DNA from: Lama glama
Lineage: Eukaryota
Length of the DNA stretch: 64,000 bases
Assembly (NCBI GenBank): GCA_028534125.1
Contig: CM052818.1
Span: 24,678,001-24,742,000, forward strand
Direction: 5' to 3'
Shown: piece by piece, positions 62,775-64,000 of the stretch
Numbering within the stretch: position 1 is the first letter of the stretch
Layout of the letters: each line of letters begins with the position of its first letter
Notes under the pieces: model-generated
Told to the model about the DNA's origin: nothing
Databases searched by the model: none
Seen by the model: the letters and a program-made list of their open reading frames with translations, nothing else
Translations under genes and position numbers: made by a program

Positions 62775-64000
62775 GGCTTCCACTTCCTGGAAGATGGAGC
62801 AAACATACTTTCCCCTATTCCACCAGCAAAGTATAACTAAAACCCCTGGACACTGTGTATATAAACAACATAAGAAGACAAGGAGAGAGAAGACAGACAT
62901 TCAAGGACATTATAGATAATTCAATATTCTAAAAAGTTGTTCAAGTAGCCCACAGAAAGGCAGAAAAAAGAATACAAAAAAGAACAAAACAAACAACAAA
63001 CAAAAAGAATAAAACAAAAATTAAGATGGCACATTTAAGCCCTAATAACTATGAAAAGTTACATTAAATATATGTGGTCTAAAAACAACAATTCAAAAGA
63101 GACAGGCAGGATGGATGGATTTTTAAAAATTATCCAACTATATTCTATCTCCAAAAATCCCACTTTAAATACAGGCAGGTTGCAAGTAAAAAGATAAGAA
63201 TATACCATGCAATTATCAAAGGAAAATAAGAATAGCTATGTTAATATCAGATAAGTAGATTTTAGAACAAGGAAAATTACCAGAGACAAAAAAAGAGACA
63301 TGATATAATGATAAAAGAGATAATCCAAACACAAAAAAAGGCACAGCAATCCTACATATGCATGCATCTAACAGAGCTGCAAAGTATGTAAAGCAAAACT
63401 GACAGGAAAAAAAAGAAATCTACAATTATACATTGAGATTTCAACATCCCTCTCTCAATACTGACAGAACTACTCAGAAAATCAGCAGGGTTATAGAGAA
63501 CTTAATAGCACATCAACCAACAGTATCTAATAAACATTTATAGAACAGTCCACCAAACAGCAGAATACACGTTCTTTTCAATCACCCATAGACTATGTAT
63601 CAAGATAAATCATATCCTGAGCCATAAAACAAACCTTAACAAACTTATAATAGTTGAAATCATACAGAGTCACTATTCACAATGAAATCAAACCAAATAA
63701 AAATCTCCAAATGCTTAAAAATTAAACACTTCTAAATATTCCATGAGTCACAGAGGAAGTCTCAAAGGAAATTTAAAAATACACTGAACTTTAAAATTAC
63801 ATTGAACTGGATGAAAATGAAAATACAACATATAAAATTTGTGGGACACCACTGAAGTGATGCTAGGAGGGAAATTTATGCACTAAATGACTATGTTAGA
63901 AAAGAGAAGTCTCAAATCAGTAATCTAAGTTCTCACCTCAAGAACCTAAAAAAGAGCAAGATTAAGTCAAAGCAAGCAGAAGGAAGAAAATAAAGAACAA
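62775..64000 (+). mobile_element. Old L1 (L1M4/L1MC-like): short 5' end joined to the ORF2 endonuclease region, running off the window
   Basis: cttcctggaagatggag 5' start, an ORF2 start atggcacatttaagccctaa at ~63026, and endonuclease-like gagatttcaacatccctctctca and aaaatttgtgggacac. Confidence 0.82.

Noticed and set aside
1..64000. CRISPR arrays, prokaryotic-style operons, rRNA, CpG island or a novel multi-gene system
   Set aside because: I saw no regularly spaced direct repeats, gene-dense ORFs, rRNA-like sequence or extended CpG-rich tract. The content is explained by ordinary mammalian repeats and non-coding DNA.

Overview
This is mammalian genomic DNA, almost certainly from a camelid (alpaca, llama or camel). 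It carries six copies of the camelid tRNA-derived Vic-1-type SINE and camelid-style L1 3' ends. The window is AT-rich, has no CpG island and contains no protein-coding exon I can recognise. Roughly half, estimated by eye, is transposable-element debris: many L1 fragments including one ~5.8 kb decayed near-full-length copy, L2 and MIR, MaLR/ERVL/ERV1 LTRs, a deleted ERVL provirus with a recognisable integrase remnant, and Tigger/hAT MITEs, often nested. The strong plus-strand bias of L1s and several minus-strand splice-site pairs suggest a large intron or 5' UTR region of an unidentified minus-strand transcript. The unique stretches contain clusters of AP-1, ARE and E-box motifs that look like enhancers. 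I find no sequence support for a novel biological system. The best leads are candidate exons, enhancer clusters, a possible LTR promoter and some clear retrotransposition signatures. Repeat subfamily names come from memory of consensus sequences and need RepeatMasker/Dfam confirmation. Boundaries without a TSD are approximate.
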